Shown: positions 49,386-61,206, numbered from the stretch's first letter. The stretch is DNA of 64,000 bases from an uncultured Gemmatimonadales bacterium (GCA_963783385.1 CAWANJ010000009.1:96001-160000); one strand, 5' to 3'. Notes: a model not told the origin generated them from the sequence alone. Made by a program: numbers and translations.

Positions 49386-49470
49386 CGTCGTCTCTCCTTT
49401 TTCAGTATCAGGTCGATCGTGTCTCGGTCCGTGCTTCGGTCCACCCTACGGAGCTCGCGTCCTGCGGGTT

Positions 49471-50073
49471 TCAGGTGATCGGACAGCGTCCTGCCGTCCG
49501 CACGGTGGACTCCTGGGGAGCCGGCCATGGGATGCGTGCCAGGGTCACGTCCGTGAGCGTCTCGTGCGGCGCCGTCACCGGGACGAGGCTGGGGGGATCG
49601 GGCTCGAGGTGTGCCACACGAGTCGGCTCGAGCCAGGCGCGCACCGCGGGAGGCGCCGGCCACGGCTCGGGCTTCAGCGCCGGCGGGACGATGGCCTCCT
49701 GCCATCGCCGCGCGATGTGCCCGGGTGCCTGGATGCCCGGCTCCGCCTCGCGCACCGGCGAGGCTCCCGAGGCCAGGATGTCTACCGCGACCGCCACCGG
49801 CGGCCTGGGCCACGGGTGCTCGTGCAGGTCGGGGAGCACGATCCCCTCGACAGGCAGGCGCACGCTCACCGGATCCGGTCGGCAGGGCTCCACCCACAGG
49901 TATTGCGATGGTAAGCGACTGCCGAACAGCGAGCGCGCGGCCTCGACCCGGACGCCCGCGTCCTGGACCCCGGCGGGCCGGGTGGCCTGTATGGCCATGG
50001 CGACGGGCAGGAAGGCGAGGATCGAGAGGGGGCTGGTGAGTCGACCGAGCTTGCTTCGCGTGGCGTACGGCAT
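49471..50073 (-). CDS. Pro/Trp-rich hypothetical exported protein
   Basis: GGAGG RBS before ATG 50073; N-terminal hydrophobic segment; three PWPxP motifs. Confidence 0.5.
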   Translation of the reverse strand: MPYATRSKLGRLTSPLSILAFLPVAMAIQATRPAGVQDAGVRVEAARSLFGSRLPSQYLWVEPCRPDPVSVRLPVEGIVLPDLHEHPWPRPPVAVAVDILASGASPVREAEPGIQAPGHIARRWQEAIVPPALKPEPWPAPPAVRAWLEPTRVAHLEPDPPSLVPVTAPHETLTDVTLARIPWPAPQESTVRTAGRCPIT

Positions 50074-50258
50074 GGCGCCCTCCGCATGGCGACGTGGGGT
50101 GGACCTGGCACGACCGTTTCTGTCAAATTGGACGTACGGGGAGCCGGCAGGGTTTGATCGGGCGCGACCAACGAGGCGAGGATGCGCCGAATGACCATGA
50201 GAATGCGCTGGACGACGGGTCGCGCCGGCGCCGTGGCCACGCGATGGGAGGATGGAGC

Positions 50259-51518
50259 GTGAGGGAGGTCGAGGAACGGGTGCTGGGGGCGTTGTCTCCC
50301 GACTACCTGTTGGACTGCCTGGAGGAGCTGGTCGCGATCCCGAGCCTGTCGGGCGGCGAGACGCCGGCCCAGGAGGCCGTGGCGGGCCGAATGAGGGAGA
50401 TCGGGCTGGGCATGGACGTGTGGGCGATCGATTTCGAGACGCTCCGGAGCCATCCAGCTTACACGGCCGAGATCGAGAGAGACTCGGGTCTCGGGGTCGT
50501 CGGGTCAATGGGGCGGGGCGACGGCCCCACCCTCATCCTCAATGGCCACGTGGACGTGGTCGAGGCCGGGGAGCCGGATCGCTGGACCTCCCCTCCGTTC
50601 GAGGCACGGGCCCGGGGCGGCCGCGTGTACGGCCGGGGCACGTGTGACATGAAGGGCGGGCTGTGCTGCGCCCTGGCGGTCGCACGGGCCATCGCCGACG
50701 CGGGGGTCGACCTGCAGGGAACGCTGCAGCTCCAGAGCGTGATCGGGGAGGAGGACGGTGGCGCCGGCACGCTGGCCACGCTCGTACGCGGGCACACGGG
50801 CCAGGGGGCCGTCGTGCTCGAGCCCACCGGACTGGCGATCGGACCCGCCCATGGCGGCGCGCTGGGCTTCCGCGTCACGGTCCCCGGCCTGGCGGCGCAC
50901 GGCGCCTTCCGCGAGGAGGGCGTGAGTCCGATCGAGCCCTTCGGGCGTCTCGTAGCCGCGCTGCGCGAGCTGGAGGCGGAGCGCAACCGCGACGTGTCCG
51001 ATCCCCTGTTCGCGGACGACGCGCTACCCTTCGCCCTGGCGATCGGCCGCGTACGTTCGGGGATCTGGGCCTCCACCGTCCCCGAGTCGCTCCAGTTCGA
51101 GGGGAGGCTCGGCTTCCCCCCCGGAGAGGATCCCGAGCACGCTCGACGGGCGTTCGAGGCCGCGGTGTCGTCCGCGTCGGCCGACGACCCGTGGCTGGCT
51201 CGGAACCCGCCTGTCGTGGAGTGGTCCGGCGCGCAGTTCGGGGCGGCCCGCACGGACCCGGACTCTCCCGTCGTGCGCACACTGGAGGCGGCGTTCGGGG
51301 AGGTGACGCAGACGCTGCCGCTCGTGCGAGGGATGCGCTACGGCTCGGACATGCGCCTCCTGGTCGCGGTGGGGGGCATTCCGACCGTGCATTTCGGACC
51401 CGGCGATGTGCGTGATGCGCACCGGCCCGACGAAAACGTTCTCGTCGAGGAGCTCATCACCGCGGCCCGGGTAGTCGCCGTCGCGGCGCTGCGCTTCTGC
51501 GGCGTGGCGGGGGGATGA
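50259..51518 (+). CDS. ArgE/DapE-family (M20) deacylase
   Basis: ILNGHVDVV, GRGTCDMKGG, GEEDGG, EPT, GSD, FGPG...AH.PDE. Confidence 0.92.
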   Translation: MREVEERVLGALSPDYLLDCLEELVAIPSLSGGETPAQEAVAGRMREIGLGMDVWAIDFETLRSHPAYTAEIERDSGLGVVGSMGRGDGPTLILNGHVDVVEAGEPDRWTSPPFEARARGGRVYGRGTCDMKGGLCCALAVARAIADAGVDLQGTLQLQSVIGEEDGGAGTLATLVRGHTGQGAVVLEPTGLAIGPAHGGALGFRVTVPGLAAHGAFREEGVSPIEPFGRLVAALRELEAERNRDVSDPLFADDALPFALAIGRVRSGIWASTVPESLQFEGRLGFPPGEDPEHARRAFEAAVSSASADDPWLARNPPVVEWSGAQFGAARTDPDSPVVRTLEAAFGEVTQTLPLVRGMRYGSDMRLLVAVGGIPTVHFGPGDVRDAHRPDENVLVEELITAARVVAVAALRFCGVAGG

Positions 51519-52049
51519 GGGGGCACCGTTCGGCTTGCGCTTGTGAACCGCGAATCCGAAATGTGCTTCGGAAGGGAGCTACAGCGTTAACCTGCCCCAG
51601 ATCCTCCCATCGCTACGGTCAATCGTAGCCACGAATGTCTGCCTCCTTGACCGAGCTTTACCAAGCCGGTCCGTCTCCATGTCGTGGACAATGATGTGCT
51701 GGTGGTGCCCTGAGTGCGATTCCGGTCTGCGCGGCGGCTGAGCCGCGGTGCCTTGATGCGGTGCTGCAACAGGGCTCGATTTTGGGGCATCACGCATAGG
51801 CAAGGCGGTCCGGGCTCCATCGCTCCTGACCACAGGTCCTGTCCAGATCGAAAGACGTGCCTTGATAAGGCTTTTCACGGTAACCGGAAGGTGACCTCCA
51901 ACCGGAAAGTAGTGGGCCCCGTGCTGCGGCACGGGATTTTCGGTTGCGGATGGACTCGAATCTCCCTTCTGAGTGGCCTAACGCTGTGCCACCGTCTCAT
52001 GGGATTCAGTGGAATCCTCTTGCGCTTCTCGGACCTGGAGTCGCCTTCC

Positions 52050-54443
52050 GTGACCAATGTGCCTCAACCACCAGTGAAGGGAGGCGGGAGCGACTTTCCG
52101 GCGGATGTTCGCCCTCGCTCCTACCTGCAGCGTGCCCCGCTCGGAAACACGTCCGGACTCGATCCGAGAGACGTGGCCTCGGTGTTGTGGCGTCGACGGT
52201 GGATCGTTGCCGCTGGGTTCTTCGGTGTCATGGCCGCCGTGGTCACTGTAACACTGCTTCTACCGAAAAGATACGAGTCTTCCGCTTCCTTTCTCGTGGA
52301 GCCTCGAGGCAACCCAGGAAGCGGTGCCGCCCTGGACGTGCTCCAGCGCATGGACCGGGTACAGAATACCGAGACCGAGGTCTCCTTGCTCACTGGACGA
52401 CGCGTGGTAGAGCCGGTCGTCGAACGCCTCAAGCTCAACGCCAGTTTCGAGACCTCCGGAAGGTGGGTCGCGCCAGATTCTGTCCTCGACGGCTTCGAGG
52501 ACTCCCGAAACGCGGTGTCCGGAGTCTACTTACTCAAGTGGTCGAACGGGGAATATCGAGTCCTCAGTGATGCATCGAAGCAGGTATTGGCTCGTGCCGA
52601 ACCTGGAGAGCGACTCGGCTTCGCCAATGTGAGCTTTCGAGCACCTTCAAAGGGGTCCGCGACGACTGGGAGACTCCGTATCCTGCCCTTCGCTCAGGCC
52701 GTTGACGAGACGAGGAGCCACCTCGAGGCCAAGCCGGTCGAGCAGCAAGCGGACCTGATCAATCTCACGTGCACCGGTCCCACACCGGCGTCATCCCTGG
52801 CTCTGTGTGGGAGTGTATCCGACAGTTACTTGGAGTTGCGGTCGGAGCTCCAGCGCGCGGAAGCATCAGCGGCGGCCAGCTTTCTTCAGGACCAGGTCGT
52901 CCAGGTCCATTCACAACTGTCGACTGCGGAAGACAGCCTCCAAGCGTACGAAGAACGGGGCCGTGCAGTGGCGCTCAAGGAGCGGGCCAATGAGGAAGTC
53001 AGGCAATATGCAGATTTGCGGGCACAGCGAGAGCAGTTGTCCGCCGAGCACCAAGCTCTGGCGTCTTTGATCGAGCAGATCCGAAGCGGCGATGCGGATC
53101 CTTCTGCGTATAGGAAGCTGGCGAGCTTCCCGACGTTTCTTAAGAACCAGAACAACGTGGTGGCTACGTTAGTCGAGAGCCTTGTGGAGCTTGAGAATCG
53201 CCGGAGCGACCTTGCGGTTAAGCGCAAGGATGCGAACCCTGAACTGGCAGCCTTGAACGCCCGGATCGTGCAGATTGACGACCAGCTCCTTTCAGTGGCG
53301 ATGAGTTACGACCGCTCTCTACAGGCTCAGATCCAATCTCTCGGACAGGCTCTTGAAGACCACGGCCAGGAGCTCTCCACCATACCGGTCAAGGAGATCC
53401 AGGTCTCGAGACTTCGCCGTCAGGTCAATGTGCTAGAGAAGCTATATCGATTCCTTCAGACACGGCTCCAAGAAGCTCAGGTTGCCAAGGCGGTAAAGCT
53501 CCCGAACGTGAGGATGGTCGACAGGGCATCGCTGCCCTACAAGCCCTCCTTCCCGAACACGCCACTTAACCTCGTTCTCGGAGCGGTTCTCGGACTGGGC
53601 ATGGGCCTCCTTGGGGCTCTGTGGCGGGAGTATGCGGATGACAAGCTTCGGGACCGGGATGAGGTCGAGGGAGCCGGAATCCCAGTCCTCACCATGGTTC
53701 CGCGTGTTCGAGGGCCGGTCGCGGAGGTAATCACAGTCGAGGAAGGGAAGACCGCGATCGCCCCGCCAAGAGAGAACGGAAAGTCAAGGACGGACCGGGT
53801 AGCCGAGGAGGCTTTTCGGAGCCTGGCCTTCGAGCTCGAGGCAGCTGCTCGAAGGATCGAGAACGGAGATCTTCGATCCGTCGCCATTACGAGCTCGGGT
53901 CGCGCGGAAGGAAAGACCTTCTGTGCATGCAATCTCGCTGTCCAGGCTGCCTGGCTGGGGAAGCGGACGCTGCTTGTGGACTCGGACGCACACGCGCAGG
54001 GGGTTTCCCGTTGGCTGAAGCTGGCAAGAGGTCGAATCGGTCTGGGTGAGGTGCTACGCGAGGGCGCCGATCCCAATGTGGCTATCCAGACGATCAGCGT
54101 GGGTGGGGGCCAGACTCTCGACGTTCTGCAGTCTGGAAAGCCCCATCGCCGGTCTGCGTGGCTTCTGAGTCCGTCGCTCAAGTCGCTGATCATGACAATG
54201 AGCACCCGGTACGACCTGGTGGTCATCGACACGCCGCCCCTCAACGTGTTGAGTGATGCTGCGCAGGTGGCCAGCGCCGTAGATGGCGTGATTGTAGTGG
54301 TTCGAGGTGGGGTCACGGAGCGCAATGGATTTGACCTGACAATGCAGAGGCTTGAAAGGGCCGGGGGGCGACTGGTCGGGGTCGTACTGAATGATATCGA
54401 TTTGCCAGACTACTATACGAGCTACAGCGGAGTGACTGAGTGA
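52050..54443 (+). CDS. wzc: Polysaccharide co-polymerase / tyrosine autokinase
   Basis: Wzz-like N-terminus, coiled coil, Walker A SSGRAEGKT, VIDTPP, Tyr cluster DYYTSY. GTG 52050 after GGAG; start uncertain. Confidence 0.9.
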   Translation: MTNVPQPPVKGGGSDFPADVRPRSYLQRAPLGNTSGLDPRDVASVLWRRRWIVAAGFFGVMAAVVTVTLLLPKRYESSASFLVEPRGNPGSGAALDVLQRMDRVQNTETEVSLLTGRRVVEPVVERLKLNASFETSGRWVAPDSVLDGFEDSRNAVSGVYLLKWSNGEYRVLSDASKQVLARAEPGERLGFANVSFRAPSKGSATTGRLRILPFAQAVDETRSHLEAKPVEQQADLINLTCTGPTPASSLALCGSVSDSYLELRSELQRAEASAAASFLQDQVVQVHSQLSTAEDSLQAYEERGRAVALKERANEEVRQYADLRAQREQLSAEHQALASLIEQIRSGDADPSAYRKLASFPTFLKNQNNVVATLVESLVELENRRSDLAVKRKDANPELAALNARIVQIDDQLLSVAMSYDRSLQAQIQSLGQALEDHGQELSTIPVKEIQVSRLRRQVNVLEKLYRFLQTRLQEAQVAKAVKLPNVRMVDRASLPYKPSFPNTPLNLVLGAVLGLGMGLLGALWREYADDKLRDRDEVEGAGIPVLTMVPRVRGPVAEVITVEEGKTAIAPPRENGKSRTDRVAEEAFRSLAFELEAAARRIENGDLRSVAITSSGRAEGKTFCACNLAVQAAWLGKRTLLVDSDAHAQGVSRWLKLARGRIGLGEVLREGADPNVAIQTISVGGGQTLDVLQSGKPHRRSAWLLSPSLKSLIMTMSTRYDLVVIDTPPLNVLSDAAQVASAVDGVIVVVRGGVTERNGFDLTMQRLERAGGRLVGVVLNDIDLPDYYTSYSGVTE

Positions 54444-55150
54444 ACTCCTGTGGTGACTGCACCGACTCCCAGACTCCGGCGACCATCCTAGTTCGGTCCC
54501 GGATTTTGCGACTGCGTAGCTTGATCGCGGCTCTGGCAGTCGGGTTGGGTGCGATGGGATGCGCGTCCGGCGGTCCGCCGCCTGATGGGCTGGCACTAGT
54601 GACCAACATGTCTTCGCCGGGTGCGACACCCCTTGAGCCTGGTGACGCCATCCAAGTGTCCTTCTCTCGAGAGTCCGATCAGAGCGGGCAGTACGAAATC
54701 GACGAGGCCGGCCGGGTTTCCCTTCCGTTCCTCAATGTCTGGAACGTGAGGGGCATGGCACCGGACAGTCTTCGAACCACGCTTCTAACTGCCTACCATG
54801 CTCAGCTTCGCAATCAGACGATTGAGGTCCGTCTCTTACGGAGAGTCCGCGTGCTGGGGGAGGTGCAGAAGCCGGGTCTCTATCTAGTCGACGGAACCAT
54901 GACCCTCGCTGACTTGGTGGCCAAGGCTGGCGGAGCTACGGGTAATGGCAACCTAGAGCACGTGCGGGTCTATCGAGGCGCGAAGAGGACCCAAGCCGAT
55001 CTGCGAACCGGTGCGTCGGCGTTTAAGGAGCTCCACTCGGGCGATCAGGTCTACATACCCGAGAAGAGTTGGCTCTCTCGGCACTCCGCGACCGTCATCG
55101 GCGCCGTGATATCAGCGGCGGCGGGCCTGGTTGTTGTTCTGACGCACTGA
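54440..55150 (+). CDS. wza: Polysaccharide export lipoprotein (Poly_export + SLBB)
   Basis: Lipobox AMGC; LEPGDAI; GRVSLP; VLGEVQKPG.Y; GD.VYIP. True start may lie downstream. Confidence 0.82.
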   Translation: MNSCGDCTDSQTPATILVRSRILRLRSLIAALAVGLGAMGCASGGPPPDGLALVTNMSSPGATPLEPGDAIQVSFSRESDQSGQYEIDEAGRVSLPFLNVWNVRGMAPDSLRTTLLTAYHAQLRNQTIEVRLLRRVRVLGEVQKPGLYLVDGTMTLADLVAKAGGATGNGNLEHVRVYRGAKRTQADLRTGASAFKELHSGDQVYIPEKSWLSRHSATVIGAVISAAAGLVVVLTH

Positions 55151-55151
55151 C

Positions 55152-56593
55152 ATGTCCTCACTTTCGAGTGCAGTCGCGGTCAGGCTGCTGGTGGTGATGG
55201 ATCTTCTGGGGCTTCTCGTCGCCACGCTCGTTGCGACGCTGGGCTTCTTGCCCGAAGTCAATGCGCGAACGGTCGGGGACTTCCTGTCCCTAAGATTGAA
55301 GATCCAGAACGGCCTGCTCACCCTCTTATTGCTAGCTGGCTGGTTCCAAGTCTTTCAGGTACTGGACTTGTATGAGGAAAGGGTCTGGAGCAATCCCCTG
55401 GATTCTATCGGCCGTCTAACTCTGGCCGCCGGATCGACGGTAGTCCTCTTCACATTGGTAGCTTTGGTCTTCCACATCCCAATGGCAACGCCGCTGTTTG
55501 TCGCCATCTTCGGTGCGATCTCCCTTCTCTTTCTGGTCGGAGACCGTGTCCTACTGGCGCGAATCGTGGCTCCCATATTTTCCCGGGGCACGAGGAGCAC
55601 CTCGTACTCATTGTGGGAAGTGGCCGACGTGCGGCAGAGGCTGAATCGCGCCTTAAGGCTCAAGCTGGAACCCATCCTCGGATCATCGGGTTCGTCAATG
55701 AGCATTGGGAAGGGGTCGATGAAATGAAGGCGCTAGGCTACGAGTTCTTGGGAAGCCTAAGCGACTTTTCTAGAATCATTAGCGAGCGGGTTGTCGACGA
55801 AGTGGCGTTGTGCCTCCCCCTTCGATCTCGCTACTCCGAAGCCCGGGAGATTCTGAGGGATTCTGAGCAGCAGGGGATCTCGGTGACAATGCCTGGAGCC
55901 GTGTTCGATTCATCCGTGGCCACGGCGATCGTCAAGTCGAACGGCGGAGATCCATATATCGCATACCATACTGCGGGCATTGGGTCCGCGGGGGCGATGG
56001 CGAAGCGCGCCATGGACCTCGTGTTGGCGACTCTAGCTCTGGTCGCAGCATCTCCACTGTTCCTGATTCTCCCCATGCTCATCCGGCTCAATTCGCCCGG
56101 ACCTGTGTTCTTCGTGCAGGATCGGCGAGGTCTTCACAAGCGAGTCTTTAGAATTGTGAAGTTCCGGACTATGTATGAAGATGCCGATCGCTGTATCGAG
56201 CAGTACCTGCACCTGAATGAGGAGGACAGAGAGGCCTTCAAGATCCGAAATGACCCGCGAATCACTGGGATCGGGTCACTGGCTTCGGCGGACGGGTCTC
56301 GACGAGTTACCGCCGTTTCCTGAATGTCCTAAAGGGCGACATCGTATCGGTGGGCCCACGACCGCTCTTCAACTTTGAGTTTGCGAGGGTGACGGAGCCG
56401 CAATTCTGCGGCGCCAGAGTGTGAAGCCTGGGATAACGGGGCTGTGGCAGGTCAACGGCAGGAATGACATCGCATTCGTTGCTCGAATCGAGCTGGACCT
56501 GCGCTACGTGGATGAATGGAGTCTGTGGTTGGATATCAAGGTCCTCTTCAAGACAATTCCGGCGGTCTGCGCACCGGAAAGGGGGCAATGTGA
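55152..56593 (+). pseudogene. Priming polyprenyl-phosphate sugar transferase (WcaJ/CpsE-like), frameshifted
   Basis: Fragments 55152-55727 (TM), 55613-56323 (KRAMD, KFRTM, NDPRIT) and 56421 onward (KPGITGLWQV, WSLWLDIK). Breaks may be sequencing errors. Confidence 0.85.
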
Positions 56594-57420
56594 GGAGCGC
56601 TCCCGACGTGACCGTGGTTATCGTCAACCACAACACCGTCGAGGATCTGAGGCGCTGTTTCACCTCTCTTCGGGAATCCGAGCACACGTGCAGCTTTGAG
56701 ATCCACGTCGTCGACGGCGTCCTCCCTCACACCGATGGTGGCTCAGGACGAATGGTGCGCGAGGAGTTTCCCGACGTCCGCTTGCGGTGAACACAGGAAC
56801 GTCGGTTTCGCGAAGGGCAACAATCCGGTGGTTCCCGAGGCCAGTCGGTCCGAGTTCGTTTTACTGCTCAATCCCGATACGATCGTGTACGATCATGCAC
56901 TGAATACAAGTCTCGTCGAATTTCTGAGGCGGTCGCCAGACGTGGGGATGGCGACGTGTCGGTTGGTGCAGGAGGAGGGCACGCCTGGATCTAGCCTGTC
57001 GGCGGACCTTCCCGAACACGTTGAATGGATTGTGTCGCGCCTTGGGCCTGGCGGAACTCTTCCCCAAGTCGCCGACCTTCGCGCGCTACAACATGAGTAC
57101 CTCAATGAAGATGCACTGGCCGAGGTCAATGCAATAGACGGAGCGCCATGGGGGGGGGGGGGGGGAGAGACCATGGAGCAAGGAAAAACGACGTACGCGG
57201 AAACCCACGATCATCCATTTCAAGGGGCGCAGCAGCCGGAAGAACAGTGACGCAATGATAAGGGCGTTCTCGAGTGATGGAGATATTGTCCGGAAAGGTG
57301 TACCGACCGCGCTACAATCCTCTAGCCTATGCATCGACGATTTTCGGAATGATCTGGAAATGGTTGGCTCTAATGAGGAACGCGATTCGATCTGAGGGAC
57401 GTAAGCGGGTTCGTCCGTGA
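56590..57420 (+). pseudogene. GT2 glycosyltransferase (WbbL-like), frameshifted, contains a G16 run
   Basis: VVIVNHN, HVVD, NVGFAKGNN and LLLNPDT lie in different frames; 3' half is degraded and the end is approximate. Confidence 0.75.
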
Positions 57421-58977
57421 GTGAGCGCGAGCGGCTAGGAGGGTTCGATGCCACCTTGACTGGGGATGTGTTGCCCATGTTGGGGCTCGGTCTGGTTGCT
57501 GGAGGCGTGTTTCTCGCCATCGAGTGGCTGGCCGGCTGGCAAGCGGCAATCGTGGCGTTGATAGGGCTTGTAGCGCTCGGCGGCGCTTTCTCTCGCTCGA
57601 GTTCGGAGTCGGTCTCCTTCTGGCCCTCGTGATTCTTTTTGGCCGAGGTATTCTGTTCACGGTCGAGGTACCGTTCCTCGGTGGAGGCCTGAAACCGACG
57701 GACCTGATTCTCGTGAGCGTCATCGCGGGCTGGCTCACACGGTCTTCGGTTTCGAGGAAGGCCGCGCGACGCCTTCCCCCTGCCGCCGCGACCTGCTTCT
57801 CGTGTTCGTGGGGTGGGCGGTGGTGAGCGCCTTTCTGGGCATGGCCCGAGGTAACTACTACAAGGACGGTCTCCTGGAGTTGAGACCGCTGCTCGTTTGG
57901 CTCCTCTTATTCCCATGGTCAAGGAATTGAGTGTGGCCAGCGTTCGGCGGCTGTTCTGGCTCGTCGTGGTGGTGGCGGTCCTGGCCGGCATCCGAGCGAT
58001 CGTGCTCTATGTACTCGGCCGCGGAGCGCCGGCGAGCTCTACGGGGGGTGGCGTTCGGATCAGGAGCGTCGGTTTCGCCTACCTCCTGTTCGCATTACTT
58101 CTTTGCCTCAGCGCCTTTATGGCCGATGCGGGGAAGAGAGCCCGGAGCGCAATCCTCGGACTCATAGCGCTAGGCGGTCTGGTCGTGACCTTCCAGCGCA
58201 TGCGGCTATGGCCCTTGCCGTGGCAATGGTACGGTCCTCTGGCTCGCGGGTATCTCGAGCGCCGAAGGATATTGGGCTACGGGGCCCTATGTCTGGCCGT
58301 AGGTGGTGCGGTTTACACTTTGACTGCCACAGCTGGCTCTAGCATACCGAACCCGATCACGGCTCTTGCCGGTCGCTTGAGTCGATTGGCCGGTTCCACC
58401 AGGACGTATCGGCCATCCATAGGCTCCGGGAATGGCATGCGGTGGCCGGCCAAGTCGCATCGGCGCCGCTTCTGGGAAACGGTCTGGGAACGCGGGATCA
58501 GTTCTGGAGCCCAATGTACAACCCGGTCACTCATCCAATGGGATACCTGAGCAACGACTTCTACATTCACAACAGCTATTTCTGGATCGCCGATAAGCTG
58601 GGGATTCCTACGTAATGGTGTTCGTCACACTGGTGGGCTTGGTGGGCCGCGAGGCGCTGGCCGGCCTGCAGCGCAATCGTGTGAGCATGGCCGAGCGAAC
58701 GCTCCTGTTGGGCATGGTCGGTTGCCTCAGCGCTTGGTGCGTCATTTCGTTCTTTGGTCCAATGTTCACAACGGACAGCATGGCGCCGTTCGTCGCGCTA
58801 TGCTTCGGAGGAGTGTTCGTCGTCGGAATGCGGTTGCGCCCCGTGGCTCCCGGAGATGCGTGTCACCGTGAGGCTCCTTCTCTTCGATTGGACGGACGGC
58901 GGCCATCACAGACGCTACCTCCGCCGCTTCGCCAGTGCTCTCCAGAACCGTGTCGAGCTCGTCATCGCGGCCCCTGA
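57417..58977 (+). pseudogene. Multi-TM Wzy/O-antigen-ligase-like protein in at least four frameshifted pieces
   Basis: Successive hydrophobic ORFs 57417, 57524, 57897 and 58615; YIHNSY...KLG motif at ~58560-58600. Confidence 0.65.
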
Positions 58978-60083
58978 GGCGGTGTGTGCTGGAATGGCCG
59001 ATTGTCGTGTGGCTTTCCATCCAATTTCAGATTCGCGGCCCATGGTCGATAGTGAGCGACCACGCGGACGCCAGCATAGAGAGTTCGCCGCCCGAGAGCT
59101 CGGACACCTTCTCGCGCCCTGAGCGAGGTTGGACCCGATCTGGCAGTTCACATGTACGGTGACCCTGTTTTGCGCTGGCTGGTTTCTCACGAACAACTAT
59201 CCACGCCTCTCATCCTCTGCATCTTCTTCTATCGCTCCCACTATCCTACCGCCTTCGGGGACTGGCTGGGAATCAAGGAGTATGCCCGGGCCGTGCACCA
59301 GGCATATCTGCTGCGCCAATGGCACACTCGTGGAGACTGCGCGGGAGTGTTACTTACCGATCCGGTTGCAGTGAGACGGTTACGTAGGCGTCACAGGCGT
59401 CACATACATTGGCTGCCCGAGCCCCCCGTTCCAACCGGCACCAGTCGGCCTGACTGGAAGGAGCGGAGAGGTTGTGTGCTCTTCGGCGCACTGGCCCCGA
59501 GGAAGGGAATCGAGCGCCTGGCACGAGCAGCAGTGAATGGCGACCTAGAGGAAGAGGTCGTTCTAGCCGGAGCCGTGGAGCCCGGATTCGAGGATCGCTG
59601 GGGAAGCTGGTGGAGGGCATGCGCCAGGCAGGAGTACACGTGGATCTCCGGGACAGGTGGCATGGCGAGGATGAGGCGCTTGAGTTGCTAGGTCAGGCTC
59701 GCTGTGTCGTCTTGCCGTATCCGAGGCACTACGGCATGTCGCGGGTGCTGCTGGAGGCCGCAAGCGTTGGTACGCCGGTCGTCGCTGAAGACTTCGGACT
59801 CCTTGGACACCTGGTTCGTTCGCAGGGACTCGGACGCGCCGTAGATACGGGCGATCCTCGGTCTCTCTCCCGAGCTATCGCCGAGATCGAAAGCGGAGGA
59901 GCTGATCCGGAGCGGGAGCGCCGGCTCACCGCGTTTGCCGCGCAGTGCTGCGAGACGCGGTTTGCCGCAGCTCTGTCTGCTGCGCTCGGATTGGACCCGC
60001 GCTCGATATCGGGTGCACTCTGCGTGAACGTGGAGGCGAGGCCATTGATTCGACCTTGCCCGGGCGAGTGCCGTTCACCGTAG
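58856..60083 (+). pseudogene. GT4-like glycosyltransferase, frameshifted
   Basis: DGGHHRRY; FGALAPRKGI; LPY..HYGMSRVLLEAASVGTPVV, spread across three frames. Confidence 0.75.
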
Positions 60084-60117
60084 GCGACAGGCTGAGCAGT
60101 TGCGAGGAGACTGGAGA

Positions 60118-61206
60118 ATGAGTACAGCCTTGGTCACAGGTTCGGCAGGCCTCATCGGATCGGAGGCGTCGCGTTACTTCCACGCTGGTGGCCGACGGGT
60201 GGTCGGCATCGACAACGATATGCGTGCAAAGCTGTTCGGAGGCGAGGCATCGACAGCCTGGATTGCCGAAGATCTGAGTCGAAGTCTGTCGCGTTATCGA
60301 CACGAGAGTCTGGACATCCGGGACGCTGAGGCCGTGGACGGCCTCCTAGCGGAGTTGGGTACGAGCGTGGATCTAATCATCCATACGGCGGCCCAACCCT
60401 CCCATGATTGGGCAGCACAGGATCCGATGACCGACTTCTCCATAAACGCTAAGGGCACTCTGGTGCTGCTGGAGGCGGTCCGTCGTCACGCGCCTCAGGC
60501 GACTTTCATCTTTACCTCGACTAACAAGGTATACGGAGATACACCGAATCGTCTGCCGTTCGTTGAGGAGGAGACGCGCTGGGAGTTGCCCGAGGATCAC
60601 GAATGGTACGGTGGGATTCCCGAGACAATGAGCATCGATCACACGAAGCATAGTCTATTCGGGGTCTCGAAGGTAGCGGCGGACCTTCTCGTGCAGGAGT
60701 ACGCTCGCTATTTCGGTCTCAACACGGTGGTGTTCCGGGCAGGTTGTCTCACGGGACCGGCTCACGCCGGCGCTGAGCTGCACGGCTTTCTCGCCTACCT
60801 GATGAAGTGTGTGGTAACGGGGACTCCATACACGGTCTATGGCTACAAGGCGAAGCAAGTACGTGACAACATACATGGTGCGGACCTCGTTCGTGCTTTC
60901 GATCTGGTCTCAGAGGCACCTCGACGAGGAGCTGTCTACAATATCGGTGGCGGACGCTGCAGCAACTGCTCCATGCTCGAGGCTATCGGTTTGTGTCAGG
61001 AGATTGCGGGTCGGAAGCTGACGTGGACCTATGACGAAGAGCATCGGATTGGTGATCACATCTGGTGGATTAGTGACCTGTCCAGCTTCCGCGCCGACTA
61101 TCCGGGGTGGAAGCTCGACTACGCGCTCGAGGACATTCTCCGCGAGATATTCGAGGCGAACGTCGGGCGCTGGTCGGCCGAGCATGCGAGGACGGGGGGG
61201 GGGTGA
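60118..61206 (+). CDS. NAD-dependent epimerase/dehydratase (CDP-paratose 2-epimerase-like)
   Basis: [35 protein letters not shown]; intact. Confidence 0.9.
   Translation: MSTALVTGSAGLIGSEASRYFHAGGRRVVGIDNDMRAKLFGGEASTAWIAEDLSRSLSRYRHESLDIRDAEAVDGLLAELGTSVDLIIHTAAQPSHDWAAQDPMTDFSINAKGTLVLLEAVRRHAPQATFIFTSTNKVYGDTPNRLPFVEEETRWELPEDHEWYGGIPETMSIDHTKHSLFGVSKVAADLLVQEYARYFGLNTVVFRAGCLTGPAHAGAELHGFLAYLMKCVVTGTPYTVYGYKAKQVRDNIHGADLVRAFDLVSEAPRRGAVYNIGGGRCSNCSMLEAIGLCQEIAGRKLTWTYDEEHRIGDHIWWISDLSSFRADYPGWKLDYALEDILREIFEANVGRWSAEHARTGGG

Noticed and set aside
51714-52049. N-terminal extension of the Wzc ORF
   Set aside because: Atypical composition and no RBS; the region looks like a promoter, and the Wzz-like domain begins after ~52050.
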